From a virus (taxonomy: Duplodnaviria; Caudoviricetes), in IMG/VR virus record IMGVR_UViG_3300025789_000018: a stretch of DNA of 64,000 bases. One strand, given 5' to 3'. Made by a program: the position numbers and the translations under genes. Below the pieces are notes generated by a model. That model had not been told where the DNA came from, did not search any database, and was given only the letters and a program-made list of their open reading frames with translations. The stretch's first letter is position 1. Each line of letters starts with the position of its first letter. Of the stretch, positions 8,443-17,450 are shown in pieces.

Positions 8443-9579
8443 TTACTTTACTCCGTGTGCTTTGCGAATCTTAGCGAGTATTGCACCAGCAACCTTTTCG
8501 CCGCTCTCTTTTGAACCGTATTTCTTACCAGCTTTAGCAGCAATCATAGCAAAGCTTTTGCCTGGTTTGCCCAAGTCTTTGCCTGCGCGACCAGCTTTAG
8601 CTGATAGGACTTCTTCTTTAGCTAGTGCTTGCTCACCGTTGTTTTTGAAAGCAGTTGGCTTTGCTGTATCGGTGTTGTCTTTGTTTTCTGAACCGTCATC
8701 GTCTTCATCGTCACTATCTTCGTCCTTAGTGTCCGAGATATGCTTTGCGACTGAGTTGACAAAGTTCTTGGCTAGTTCTAGTTTTTCTAGAACCCAATCA
8801 GGAAGCTTTGCGTTGTCTTCAATGTTTTCGTATAGTTCGGCGGCTTGTGTGGCAATCACTTCAAGATTGTCACGAGCGGCAGTTACAGTTTCGTCTGCAC
8901 CTTCGTCGCTGTCATCGTCGCCAGCATCTGAATCTGTGTTCTTGTTGCTGCCGTCTTTGCCCATTCCTGGCTGATCTGATGAAGATGATTGACCTGACCA
9001 ACCTGGGCTGTCTGAAGTTGCTGGAGCAGGAGCCATTGGCTCACCTAGTTCTGATAGATACGCTTCACTGGTAACAACCTGTGGTGGAATCTTTACATGA
9101 TGCTTCTTTTGTTGCGGTTCTGATGTATCATCACCAGCAACTTCTGAGGTTTCATGCTCTGAACCATGCGTAGACATTGCACCTTTCTTTTGTGCATTGA
9201 CTGGTTCTACCTTTACCTTACGTGCAGCCATAGCAACTACAGATTCGGCAACTTTCTTTTTGATTTTTTCTTTGTTTGTTTCGCCATGTCCGTTACGATA
9301 TGCAGCTTCGTCTTGGCCAGTTTCATAGTCGGCGCGGCGAGTTGTATCATCTTTTACGCTACCACCATCAAAAGTGTCTTCATTTTCTTTTGGAGACATA
9401 TTTGGCTGATTGCATCTAAGTGTTGGATGTGCTGCACCAAACTTCTTAATGCCAGCTTTAGCTGCATCACCAAGAACGTAGTTGGCAATGTCTTCAGCAG
9501 GAGCCTTGACTAGTTTACGAGCCAAGTCCTTAGGCTGATTTGGAATCGCCATCTTTGATTTGTTGTCTTGGTCAGCCAT
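8443..9579 (-). CDS. Acidic/low-complexity prohead core or internal protein (gp68 position)
   Basis: Between gp67 and gp21. D/E/S/G-rich, largely disordered, with a short helical segment (AAELYENI....KLPDWVLEKLELA). Confidence 0.5.
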   Translation of the reverse strand: MADQDNKSKMAIPNQPKDLARKLVKAPAEDIANYVLGDAAKAGIKKFGAAHPTLRCNQPNMSPKENEDTFDGGSVKDDTTRRADYETGQDEAAYRNGHGETNKEKIKKKVAESVVAMAARKVKVEPVNAQKKGAMSTHGSEHETSEVAGDDTSEPQQKKHHVKIPPQVVTSEAYLSELGEPMAPAPATSDSPGWSGQSSSSDQPGMGKDGSNKNTDSDAGDDDSDEGADETVTAARDNLEVIATQAAELYENIEDNAKLPDWVLEKLELAKNFVNSVAKHISDTKDEDSDDEDDDGSENKDNTDTAKPTAFKNNGEQALAKEEVLSAKAGRAGKDLGKPGKSFAMIAAKAGKKYGSKESGEKVAGAILAKIRKAHGVK

Positions 9580-9580
9580 A

Positions 9581-9742
9581 TTAGTCCTCTGTGTTAAAAA
9601 ACTTCTTTGCTACTTCAATCTTCTTATCGTCTAGGATTTCTGCAACGCGATCCTTTAGAATAGAATCAACGGCTGCTTGAACTCCGACGATATTACCGTC
9701 AATAGCAAAGTTAACGATATCTGATGAATCATAGTCTGACAT
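9581..9742 (-). CDS. gp67: Prohead core protein (53 aa, not in ORF track)
   Basis: Hand translation MSDYDSSDIVNFAIDGNIVGVQAAVDSILKDRVAEILDDKKIEVAKKFFNTED. GGAGA RBS; immediately downstream of the portal gene. Confidence 0.75.
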   Translation of the reverse strand: MSDYDSSDIVNFAIDGNIVGVQAAVDSILKDRVAEILDDKKIEVAKKFFNTED

Positions 9743-9768
9743 AATATTCTCCACTTTTTGATTATTCT

Positions 9769-9782
9769 TATTTATATTTATA
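9769..9782 (-). promoter_or_regulatory. Tandem overlapping late promoters TATAAATATAAATA
   Basis: Two exact consensus copies at 9769-9776 and 9775-9782. Confidence 0.75.
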
Positions 9783-9785
9783 GTA

Positions 9786-11387
9786 TTACTGACTTAGCTG
9801 AGGTTCTTCTGGCCCACTTTGTTGTTGTCCAGGAGGTCCAGCTGGTGCACCAGATCCGTCATCAGGCATTTGTGGCTGAGGAAGTTGTGCTTGAAGTTCC
9901 ATTTGTTGTTTCTGCAACTCAAAGTTCTTCTCTACATCTTCTTGCATTTCAATCTGCATCTGTGCAATATCATCATCTGATAGCTGTAGGATCTGCTTCT
10001 GTACCCACTCTTCTGAGTAATACTTACCAACATATGGATCAACTAGAGCAAGTGTATTGATTCTGTTTGTAATGATTTCAGCTTGCTTCAACTCTGCGAA
10101 GTAGTTGTCAACCTGAAAGTCAAAGTGAATCTTATTGTGAATGTCTTTCCAGTCTACGTCTGAAATAACACCAGTTAGAATAAGCTGCTTTTCAAGTGTC
10201 TTGTAGAATAGTTCTGCAAACTTGGTACGAAGGCGAAGAATGAACTTCTGAAACTTCAACTCATCGCGGCTGATTTCAGATGAACGCCCTAGATTGAATC
10301 CAGAGTCGCTGATCATGCGAGACACAGGAACGTTTAGCGACTGATAAAGTTTCTTTTCAAAATATTCAACGTCGGCTAGTTCGCCTAGGTTCTGACCTGA
10401 AGGCAATGTAGTAACCTGAGTACCACCACCATCAGCACGGCGAGGGAACCAGAAGTCTTCTAGCATCGTCATAAACTTACGATCATCACGAATGTTGCCT
10501 GTCGTGGCATCGTAGATCAAGCGGTTTTTGTGCTTGACCATGATGTCGCGAACATACTGCTCGGCTTTCATTTTTGGTAGATTGCCAACATCGATTGAGA
10601 AGATACGACGCTCTGGCGCACGAGAGATACGGTAGATGACCGTAGCGTCTTCTAGAATACGAAGCTGGTTAAGTGGCTTGATTGCTTTGTGTAGATAGCC
10701 AAGGACGATTTTATTATCTTTATCGACCACACCAGATGTGACGTGGACGATTGAGTCCTTGGCGATCTGTAGCCCCTGATTGTCCATACCGGTAGCAGAA
10801 GCGCCTTTGAAGCCGCGTTCATTATACATGTAGAACTCTGAGTCTGTTACGTTAGTGTAAATCTGACCTTTACGAACACGCTTGACTGGACGGATCTTTC
10901 TGATCTTACGTGGGTCAATATAGCGTAGTTCTTTGATGCCTGAACGAGGATCATTGATGTCGATCATCACGTGGTAGTATAGACGACCATCAACGTACCA
11001 ACGCTTGAAGATTTCGTAGCCGTAGTTATTAAAATCAAATAACTCTGAAACTTTTTCCCATTCTTGAGAAATGCGTTCTTTGATATTGTCGGCATATTCT
11101 AGATCGTCTAGATTGATTTCGACAATCTTTTTATTGTCTTCTTTGACAATCGCTTCCGAAACGATATCATTAACCGCCAGTTCTACTTCTGGCTGAATAG
11201 ACATTTCGCGATACTTGGCAACGATTTCGGCTTCAGTTCTAGCAGAACCTTCTAAGTCGAGATACGTACCGTAAGTACCACCAGCAGAAACAACTAGAGC
11301 CCCATCATCTGTCTCTCTAGGAGCAAATGATGGGATGTCTAGTTGTTCTTCTTCTCTCTTGAATTCCCAACCAAATAACTTTACCAT
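9786..11387 (-). CDS. gp20: Portal vertex protein
   Basis: WYVDGRLYYH, YLHKAIKPLNQLRILEDATVIYRISRAPERRIFSIDVGNLPKMKAEQY, MLEDFWFPRR.GG.GT.VTTLP.GQNLGE. Confidence 0.99.
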   Translation of the reverse strand: MVKLFGWEFKREEEQLDIPSFAPRETDDGALVVSAGGTYGTYLDLEGSARTEAEIVAKYREMSIQPEVELAVNDIVSEAIVKEDNKKIVEINLDDLEYADNIKERISQEWEKVSELFDFNNYGYEIFKRWYVDGRLYYHVMIDINDPRSGIKELRYIDPRKIRKIRPVKRVRKGQIYTNVTDSEFYMYNERGFKGASATGMDNQGLQIAKDSIVHVTSGVVDKDNKIVLGYLHKAIKPLNQLRILEDATVIYRISRAPERRIFSIDVGNLPKMKAEQYVRDIMVKHKNRLIYDATTGNIRDDRKFMTMLEDFWFPRRADGGGTQVTTLPSGQNLGELADVEYFEKKLYQSLNVPVSRMISDSGFNLGRSSEISRDELKFQKFILRLRTKFAELFYKTLEKQLILTGVISDVDWKDIHNKIHFDFQVDNYFAELKQAEIITNRINTLALVDPYVGKYYSEEWVQKQILQLSDDDIAQMQIEMQEDVEKNFELQKQQMELQAQLPQPQMPDDGSGAPAGPPGQQQSGPEEPQLSQ

Positions 11388-11416
11388 TACAATTCCTTAG
11401 TAGACGTTTTATAATC

Positions 11417-11424
11417 TACTTATA
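11417..11424 (-). promoter_or_regulatory. Late promoter variant TATAAGTA
   Basis: Intergenic between gp19 and gp20. Confidence 0.55.
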
Positions 11425-11429
11425 TGTCA

Positions 11430-11984
11430 TTATTGTGTAGATAGTGTTGATGTTGTACCAGAAACATTGTAGTAATCATATTGGAATGTAACATTGAACT
11501 CTTCAATCTGATCAGTTGCATTCCAATCTAGACCAATAGCAGTGATATCTTGTGGATAAATGCCATCGAATGTATAGGTACGAATTGTATTACCTTGACG
11601 GTCATACTGGTTTACAATAGCAGTAGATTTGTATGCTAATGTATCATTAAATCCAGCAGATCGAATGTTGGTCTGTAGAGAGTTGATCGCATTTGACCAA
11701 TTCTCCAAGGCGTCACGAATTAGAAAGTCTTCATCGTTGACTACAGTTACTTGCCATGGCTGAAACTGACGGTCGCCCGCTAGATTGATTTTACGACCAA
11801 AATAAGGAACTTGATAGTTTCCGAGTGAAACTTCTGGAATAGAAGATGCCTTTACAAGGAAAGGCACCTTAATGTCGGCAACTGTAGTTGCTGGATTAGT
11901 AAACTGTACGCTGAATAGCGACTGTCTAGCGCCTCCATATGTAAGTTGCGATTTGAAGTTATTGATATCAAAACTCTGAGCCAT
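11430..11984 (-). CDS. gp19: Tail tube protein
   Basis: GGAR.SLF.V, VPYFGRKINLAGDRQF.PW.VTV.NDEDF.IRDALE.W, IEEF.VTFQYDY. Confidence 0.98.
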   Translation of the reverse strand: MAQSFDINNFKSQLTYGGARQSLFSVQFTNPATTVADIKVPFLVKASSIPEVSLGNYQVPYFGRKINLAGDRQFQPWQVTVVNDEDFLIRDALENWSNAINSLQTNIRSAGFNDTLAYKSTAIVNQYDRQGNTIRTYTFDGIYPQDITAIGLDWNATDQIEEFNVTFQYDYYNVSGTTSTLSTQ

Positions 11985-12008
11985 TGTTTATTCTCCTATT
12001 TCTTTCTA

Positions 12009-14315
12009 TTAAAACTGTCCAACGATTTCAGAGAAATCAACACCTGACCTTACGGCGACGAAGTTCAACTGGATATAGTTGATTGATCGTGCTGGTTTAA
12101 TATAAATGTCGCCAACGAACTGATTTGCATTGATGACAGCAGGAGTATTGTTCGTAGAATCGCATACTACCTTAAAGTCTTGAATGCCTTGTAGCCCTTG
12201 AACTTGCTTCAAGAAAGGAGTGACAAGCGAAACAAACTGTGCTTGCGTGAATGAGTTGTTGAACTCAAATAGCAAGTTCTGTGCGGCTTGTGATATTGTC
12301 TTTTCAAGAATAATGAATAGACGACGGACGTTGATACGATCAAAGGCAGATGGATTTGATAGTGTTTTATCACCATTCAAGATTGTGCCCTGACCTGGGA
12401 ATGTCACAACTGGATTGACGCCTAGTGGATATAGAATATCGCGATCTGCTTTAGTTGGATTATAAGAAAGTTTAACGATATTCTTGATCTGGCCACGATT
12501 GAAACCAGCAGGTGACCACCATGGATCGCGAACATTATCGGTAAATACGCATAGACCAGCGATGTCTCCATTTAGTGGAACATAACGATATACGTCATTG
12601 TACTTGTCGTACTGATATTTGTAGCCAGAATCCATGACACCATATGAAGATGCTGTTAAGCCAGCACGGAAGTTTTGAACAGAAGCAAGTTCATTACCTA
12701 CGTTGTTGACAACTGATGAAGCATTTGGTGAAATGAACACAACGCAGTCCATACGTGGCTGAGCAATGTTCTGGATTAGATAGTTGCCAAGTAGCGTTCT
12801 ATTTGTTTCGTCTGATTTCCCGGTCATTAGAAGAGAAATCGAAGCGCGTTCGGTTGACTTATAAAGATCATAAGCGGCAGTGATTGCACCGATGTTTGAT
12901 CCAACATTGCTTTCTGAGAAGCCATCTTGACCGCCAGCAAAAGCGATAGTTGTAGGAACAACATCAGTTAGTGTTGTCATATTGGCTGAAGTATTGGCAT
13001 ATGAAGCAGTTGGCAGGTTTGTTACCCAAACATAGTTTGAGTTTTGATTTAAAACATTTAGATAGTAGCTAGTTGCGCCGTCAACGGTTTTCGCATCAGT
13101 TGCGCGTGATAGCCCCTGAAATACTTCTAGGATTTGCCCTGGAACACCAGTAAACTTGCCTAGTGTATCTGCGACAACAACGTGAATGCTATCGACAGCA
13201 GCACTATTGCCATAGTTCTGACCGTAGTAAGAAACCGCTGGTGCGCCAGTTACAGAACTGTAATACTGCCATAGACGACCAACATTGCCTGATGCAACAT
13301 ATGGAGTTGATAGTGTGTATGGAGTATAGAATGAAACGTTTAGGAACTCTTGTGCAGCCTTGAATGTTGCTGAACCGGTTGATCCTGTGAATGCGCTTGA
13401 TAGAACAACTGATGTTGAACTTGGAACTGAAACAATAGTTGTGTTGTTAGCAAGACCAGCAATAGAAGCACTTACAGAGAAACCAATGAGAGCATTTGAC
13501 ATTCCACTTAGGCCAGTAACAGTATTTGACGAAGCGGTAAAAGTTGCGCCAGCATTGATGACTAATGAAGGAGCAGTGCCTTTTGATGCAACTTGTAGTG
13601 TCTGTGTACCAATTGATGAGTTGCCAGCAGTAATCCAATCGCCAACAGTCAATGCTTGATATGCGGCATATGATGCTAGGTTAGCAGCAACAGTAGCAGC
13701 ATTGATGATTACTGAAGTATCGTTGAATGATAATACAGCAGTATTTGAGTTGAAAGCGAATGTGGTATTTGAGATATTCACCAAGTTTGATGAATATGCG
13801 TTAGCAGTATCAACCGTTGAGATTGTAAGGCTGCTACCGATTGCACCTGGATACTTTGCAGTATAGAGATATGTTGGATTTGAAGAAAACTGACCATTGT
13901 TTGCAGCAGTATTATATGCTGTCTGGTTTGTGATATTGAAGTTTGCGTTAACGTTCGAACCCCAATATGTATTACCAGCAACGTTAGCAACAATAGCGCC
14001 ACTTGTATCAGCGATAGCACTAAATGTACCATAACCGTCAGTTGTAGTATCTGTTGTGTTAGCAGCGCGACTTACGTATAGTGAGTTACCATAAGCAAGG
14101 AAGTTTGCGGCTGTGAAAAATGTTTCGGCATTAAGATTGGTTGGTTTACCGAATCTTTTCCACAAAGTTACTTCAGAATTTACTAGAACTAACTGACCGA
14201 TTGGTCCCCAGCGGAATACACCAGCAATAGCGCCAGTTGTAGTCGAAACGGTAGGTACTGTTGTGGTTGCATCGTATTCGGTTACGCTTACACCTGGACT
14301 GACTTGAATTGCCAT
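12009..14315 (-). CDS. gp18: Tail sheath protein with N/T/S-rich insertion domains
   Basis: SPGVSVTE.D, YDKYNDVYRYVPLNGDIAGLC, WWSPAGFNRGQI, FDRINVRRLF, DIYIKPARSINYIQLNFVAVRSGV.F.E. Confidence 0.99.
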   Translation of the reverse strand: MAIQVSPGVSVTEYDATTTVPTVSTTTGAIAGVFRWGPIGQLVLVNSEVTLWKRFGKPTNLNAETFFTAANFLAYGNSLYVSRAANTTDTTTDGYGTFSAIADTSGAIVANVAGNTYWGSNVNANFNITNQTAYNTAANNGQFSSNPTYLYTAKYPGAIGSSLTISTVDTANAYSSNLVNISNTTFAFNSNTAVLSFNDTSVIINAATVAANLASYAAYQALTVGDWITAGNSSIGTQTLQVASKGTAPSLVINAGATFTASSNTVTGLSGMSNALIGFSVSASIAGLANNTTIVSVPSSTSVVLSSAFTGSTGSATFKAAQEFLNVSFYTPYTLSTPYVASGNVGRLWQYYSSVTGAPAVSYYGQNYGNSAAVDSIHVVVADTLGKFTGVPGQILEVFQGLSRATDAKTVDGATSYYLNVLNQNSNYVWVTNLPTASYANTSANMTTLTDVVPTTIAFAGGQDGFSESNVGSNIGAITAAYDLYKSTERASISLLMTGKSDETNRTLLGNYLIQNIAQPRMDCVVFISPNASSVVNNVGNELASVQNFRAGLTASSYGVMDSGYKYQYDKYNDVYRYVPLNGDIAGLCVFTDNVRDPWWSPAGFNRGQIKNIVKLSYNPTKADRDILYPLGVNPVVTFPGQGTILNGDKTLSNPSAFDRINVRRLFIILEKTISQAAQNLLFEFNNSFTQAQFVSLVTPFLKQVQGLQGIQDFKVVCDSTNNTPAVINANQFVGDIYIKPARSINYIQLNFVAVRSGVDFSEIVGQF

Positions 14316-14365
14316 TGTTATCTCCCTTACACTTATCTTGGATTATGAATATGCTTCCTTTGATG

Positions 14366-14373
14366 TATTTATA
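14366..14373 (-). promoter_or_regulatory. Late promoter for gp18
   Basis: Exact TATAAATA. Confidence 0.85.
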
Positions 14374-14391
14374 AAAACACAATACTAGATG

Positions 14392-15537
14392 CTACATCAT
14401 CAACCACTGTCGGAAGGATGACTCGAAATCATCACCCGAATTGGGATCTTCCCATGCTTCATCAACATAACCAAATGGCACAAGATTTTCTTCAATAAGT
14501 CTCTGGTTGTTGGCCAAAACTTCAAGTCTTGCATCGTTGTTGCTTAGTTCTTTGAAATAGTCTTGATGTACTAACCAAGAGAACAGAACGCAACACATAA
14601 CAAGGTCATCATGACTTCCTTCTTCGGCTTGATACTTTGCATTGTGTTCAACAAAGCGATACATTTCTTGAAGAAGATCATAGTCATTGATTATCAGTTT
14701 ATCATTCTCAACCAAACTCTTAAAGTTGGCACAACCAATACGCTTGACTTGTGTTGTGGTACGAACACCCATAGCAAAACGAACACCGCCCATAGTGCCG
14801 CCGATCTTCTGGCCAGCGCGACCTTTAGTCTTTGTTGATAGTACGTTTTCATATTCTAGATCGTGCTGTAGAATGTCCACCACCTGTTGACCGACGTCAT
14901 TGATTTCAACTAGAACATATGCATCATTGTAATGTCGCGACACGTTGTAGATGATCGTAGGATAAACCAAAGATTCGATTTCATTATTACGATATTTTGC
15001 TACCACTCGATATGGTACGTCTGTGATGTCAAACACAATGAATGCAGAATAATCGATACCAGAACCACGGGAGGTATCAACCACAGTTGCATATACACGA
15101 GACTCATCCACATCTTCGTACATATCAACATCATTATTTGTTAGAATAGGATCAATGTAAGTAAGTTGTGCTAGTTTGTTACCATCAATCAGTGTATTAG
15201 ATGAACCAAGGAACTCTGTATTGTGTGACACAACATCATTAGAGTAGTATGTTTCAGATTCTTCAACGCCTACTGGATCATAAACTATATATGGTCCTTC
15301 TGTAAGTAGCGTAATCTTAGATATTTTTTTCCCAGTTATTGTTTGTCCTATTGACAAATCTTTTGCAAAAGAAAATCCACTATCTGTCAAAAAGACATGT
15401 TTAGGTGATACTCTAATAAACGTATCATCAAAATCAAAGCGAATCAAAGTATCTGTAGTTTTTGACACCACACCAGAAAAATCTTTATATCCTAAAGGAG
15501 TTTTTATTCTGTATCTTGTGTTTTCTTTATACTGCAC
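14392..15537 (-). CDS. gp17: Terminase large subunit C-terminal part, preceded by split-intein C-fragment (106 aa)
   Basis: IntC ends VVSHN, followed by TEFLGSSNTLI. Nuclease motifs VDTSRG.G.DYSAF, VLVEIND.G, YQAEEG.HDDLVM. Confidence 0.95.
   Translation of the reverse strand: MQYKENTRYRIKTPLGYKDFSGVVSKTTDTLIRFDFDDTFIRVSPKHVFLTDSGFSFAKDLSIGQTITGKKISKITLLTEGPYIVYDPVGVEESETYYSNDVVSHNTEFLGSSNTLIDGNKLAQLTYIDPILTNNDVDMYEDVDESRVYATVVDTSRGSGIDYSAFIVFDITDVPYRVVAKYRNNEIESLVYPTIIYNVSRHYNDAYVLVEINDVGQQVVDILQHDLEYENVLSTKTKGRAGQKIGGTMGGVRFAMGVRTTTQVKRIGCANFKSLVENDKLIINDYDLLQEMYRFVEHNAKYQAEEGSHDDLVMCCVLFSWLVHQDYFKELSNNDARLEVLANNQRLIEENLVPFGYVDEAWEDPNSGDDFESSFRQWLMM
15220..15537 (-). mobile_element. Split intein C-fragment (IntC), +1 residue Thr
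   Basis: IKTPLGYKDF (A/N2-like), VSPKHVF (block B TxxH-like), VYDP.GVE (block F), YYSNDVVSHN (block G). Confidence 0.92.
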
Positions 15538-16081
15538 TGAAACTTTTACCTGTTACTAGTTTTCTAATACATGCAGATGTTACGCCATATTCTTCTGCAT
15601 ACTTTTTACTAAATGCTTGTTCATATGATAAAACTTTACCATTCTTTTGAACTTTACCCACTCCATCAATATATGGTCTAGTGTTGTATAGTTCAAGTAT
15701 AGCGTCAACATTTTCACCAAGTTTGCTGTGATAAACTTTACCTCTCTTTGCTTCACTTGCTTTAGGTAAAGAATATCCACTGATGCCTTTATTCCAAGGT
15801 GTGGTTCCCTTTTTTACACCGCCAACACCAGGTCTTTTCTTACCTTTTTGTATATCACTAATATATGTCGGAGACATACCCATTCGTTTTGCTATCATTA
15901 CACAAGCGCCATAGTCACCCTGCGAATAGTGTATATCATAGTGTTCTTGTATACTCACGCAAGTAAGATTCATGATATCATTATTGGCATGGTTACCATC
16001 AACATGATGTATTTCATATGATCTACCTTCTGTATCTCTCGGAATAGGACCATACTCTTTTTCATATATTTTTCTATGCAT
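15527..16081 (-). mobile_element. HNH homing endonuclease between the two terminase halves
   Basis: HRKIYE..YGPIP....SYEIHHVDGNHANND.MNL.CVSIQEHYDIH. Own late promoter (16103-16110) and AGGAG RBS. Confidence 0.9.
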
Positions 16082-16102
16082 AAAAATCTCCTAGTTCTAT
16101 TG

Positions 16103-16110
16103 TATTTATA
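16103..16110 (-). promoter_or_regulatory. Late promoter for HNH gene and terL C-part
   Basis: Exact TATAAATA. Confidence 0.8.
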
Positions 16111-16128
16111 AAACCAAGAAACTCTATC

Positions 16129-17010
16129 TCAAAGTGTATTATATAGTTGACTTATAGGAATGCACATATATTCATTTGTTGTTGTATCGTAGACATCTAT
16201 CATAGTTTCTTCTGCAACACATTCAAATTCCTGTCTCCACTGACGTTCACTGGTGTTTTTGATATATTCATCTTTGAATGCTTCGTCGCGACCAGGAACG
16301 TCTCTCCAGTTAACAGAGCAGCGAACGTATGTGTTACGCCCTTGTTCTGAATCGGACCACAACTTATAGAATAAGTTCATCCCATTCGGTGTTGAAGTGA
16401 TGATAACTTTAGTTGTCTTACCTGAAGTGATCGTAGGATAAACTGAAGCGAAGAATGATTCTTGAATGTTGTTGGGAACGAACGCAAACTCATCAAGATA
16501 TAGAAGTGAGAACGTCTTACCACGAACAGCAGAACCACCTGTGGCTGATGCAAGTGCCTTTGATCCGTTCTCTAGTTCAATGTCGCCTTCATTCCAACGC
16601 TTCACGCCTTGCTGTAACCAGTTGGGAAGATGTTCAAACATCAACTTCACACGGTTAAGGATTTCTCGTGCCTGCATGTCTTTGTTGGCAAGAATAGCAA
16701 TAGCATAGTTTTTATTGAAAAGAAGTTTATGAAGCATGTAAGCGCAAACTGTAGTTGTCTTACCGCACTGGCGAAGTAGTTTACAAATAGAGAAACGATT
16801 TGTCTCAAATGTATTGACCATATTCTCCTGAAATGGCCAAAGATTGAAGTTGATTAGACCGTCGTCAACACTAACAATCTTACAGTATGTTTTGATAAAG
16901 TAAATCTGATCTTCAGCACATCTTTTAAACTCTTTTACCTTATCTAAATCCCACTCAACAGGAACGTTGACGGCTTTTAGATTTTGGTTATTATTATAGT
17001 ATTCTGCCAT
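16129..17010 (-). CDS. gp17: Terminase large subunit N-terminal ATPase part, ending in split-intein N-fragment (30 aa)
   Basis: Walker A region LLRQCGKTT, ILANK...AREIL, Walker B LLYLDEFAFVP, IITSTPNGMN.FYKLW, ending QEFE|CVAEETMIDV. Confidence 0.95.
   Translation of the reverse strand: MAEYYNNNQNLKAVNVPVEWDLDKVKEFKRCAEDQIYFIKTYCKIVSVDDGLINFNLWPFQENMVNTFETNRFSICKLLRQCGKTTTVCAYMLHKLLFNKNYAIAILANKDMQAREILNRVKLMFEHLPNWLQQGVKRWNEGDIELENGSKALASATGGSAVRGKTFSLLYLDEFAFVPNNIQESFFASVYPTITSGKTTKVIITSTPNGMNLFYKLWSDSEQGRNTYVRCSVNWRDVPGRDEAFKDEYIKNTSERQWRQEFECVAEETMIDVYDTTTNEYMCIPISQLYNTL
16132..16221 (-). mobile_element. Split intein N-fragment (IntN, 30 aa)
   Basis: CVAEETMIDVYDTTTNEYMCIPISQLYNTL: block A (C1..T.I.V) and I.I.QLY motif. 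Confidence 0.9.
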
Positions 17011-17447
17011 TATTCACCTTTGAGCAGTTTGTGCAACTCAGCGGTTGTTCCCACAAATAGGTTGTTAGTTACATTACCAGTAGTCTTTTCTGCTTCTTCT
17101 GGTGTTTTGTCCATCTTCTGGATCTCTTTGACTTGCTTGCTTAAGTTCAATAGCTTCTGGTTAGCTGTCACCAAGCCATTCACCAATGTGCCAACAACTT
17201 CGTATGCAGATGCCGACTGAGACTGCTTTGCGAACTCCAGCATGTCGGTGAGTGCTTCCTGACCAGCTTCGATGATGTCATAGAGATTCTTACGCGCAAA
17301 GTCGTAATCGTTCTCTGCATTGGTTTGCGATTCGTCTTGAACAAGAATAGCCTGTGTAGGCAACTTCTTTGTCGGAAACCCAACCGAGTCGTTCATTGGG
17401 CTAAGGCCTAGTTTTTGTGAAATGATTTGATTATTCGCTATTTTCAT
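17010..17447 (-). CDS. gp16: Terminase small subunit
   Basis: DYDFARKNLY.II..GQEAL..ML..A.QS....AYEVV, VTNNLFVGTTAEL.KLLK. Confidence 0.95.
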   Translation of the reverse strand: MKIANNQIISQKLGLSPMNDSVGFPTKKLPTQAILVQDESQTNAENDYDFARKNLYDIIEAGQEALTDMLEFAKQSQSASAYEVVGTLVNGLVTANQKLLNLSKQVKEIQKMDKTPEEAEKTTGNVTNNLFVGTTAELHKLLKGE

Positions 17448-17450
17448 ATA

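Noticed and set aside
14392-17010. terL as a pseudogene or intron-split gene
   Set aside because: Both halves keep catalytic motifs and carry complementary intein blocks, and no group I intron core flanks the HNH gene.
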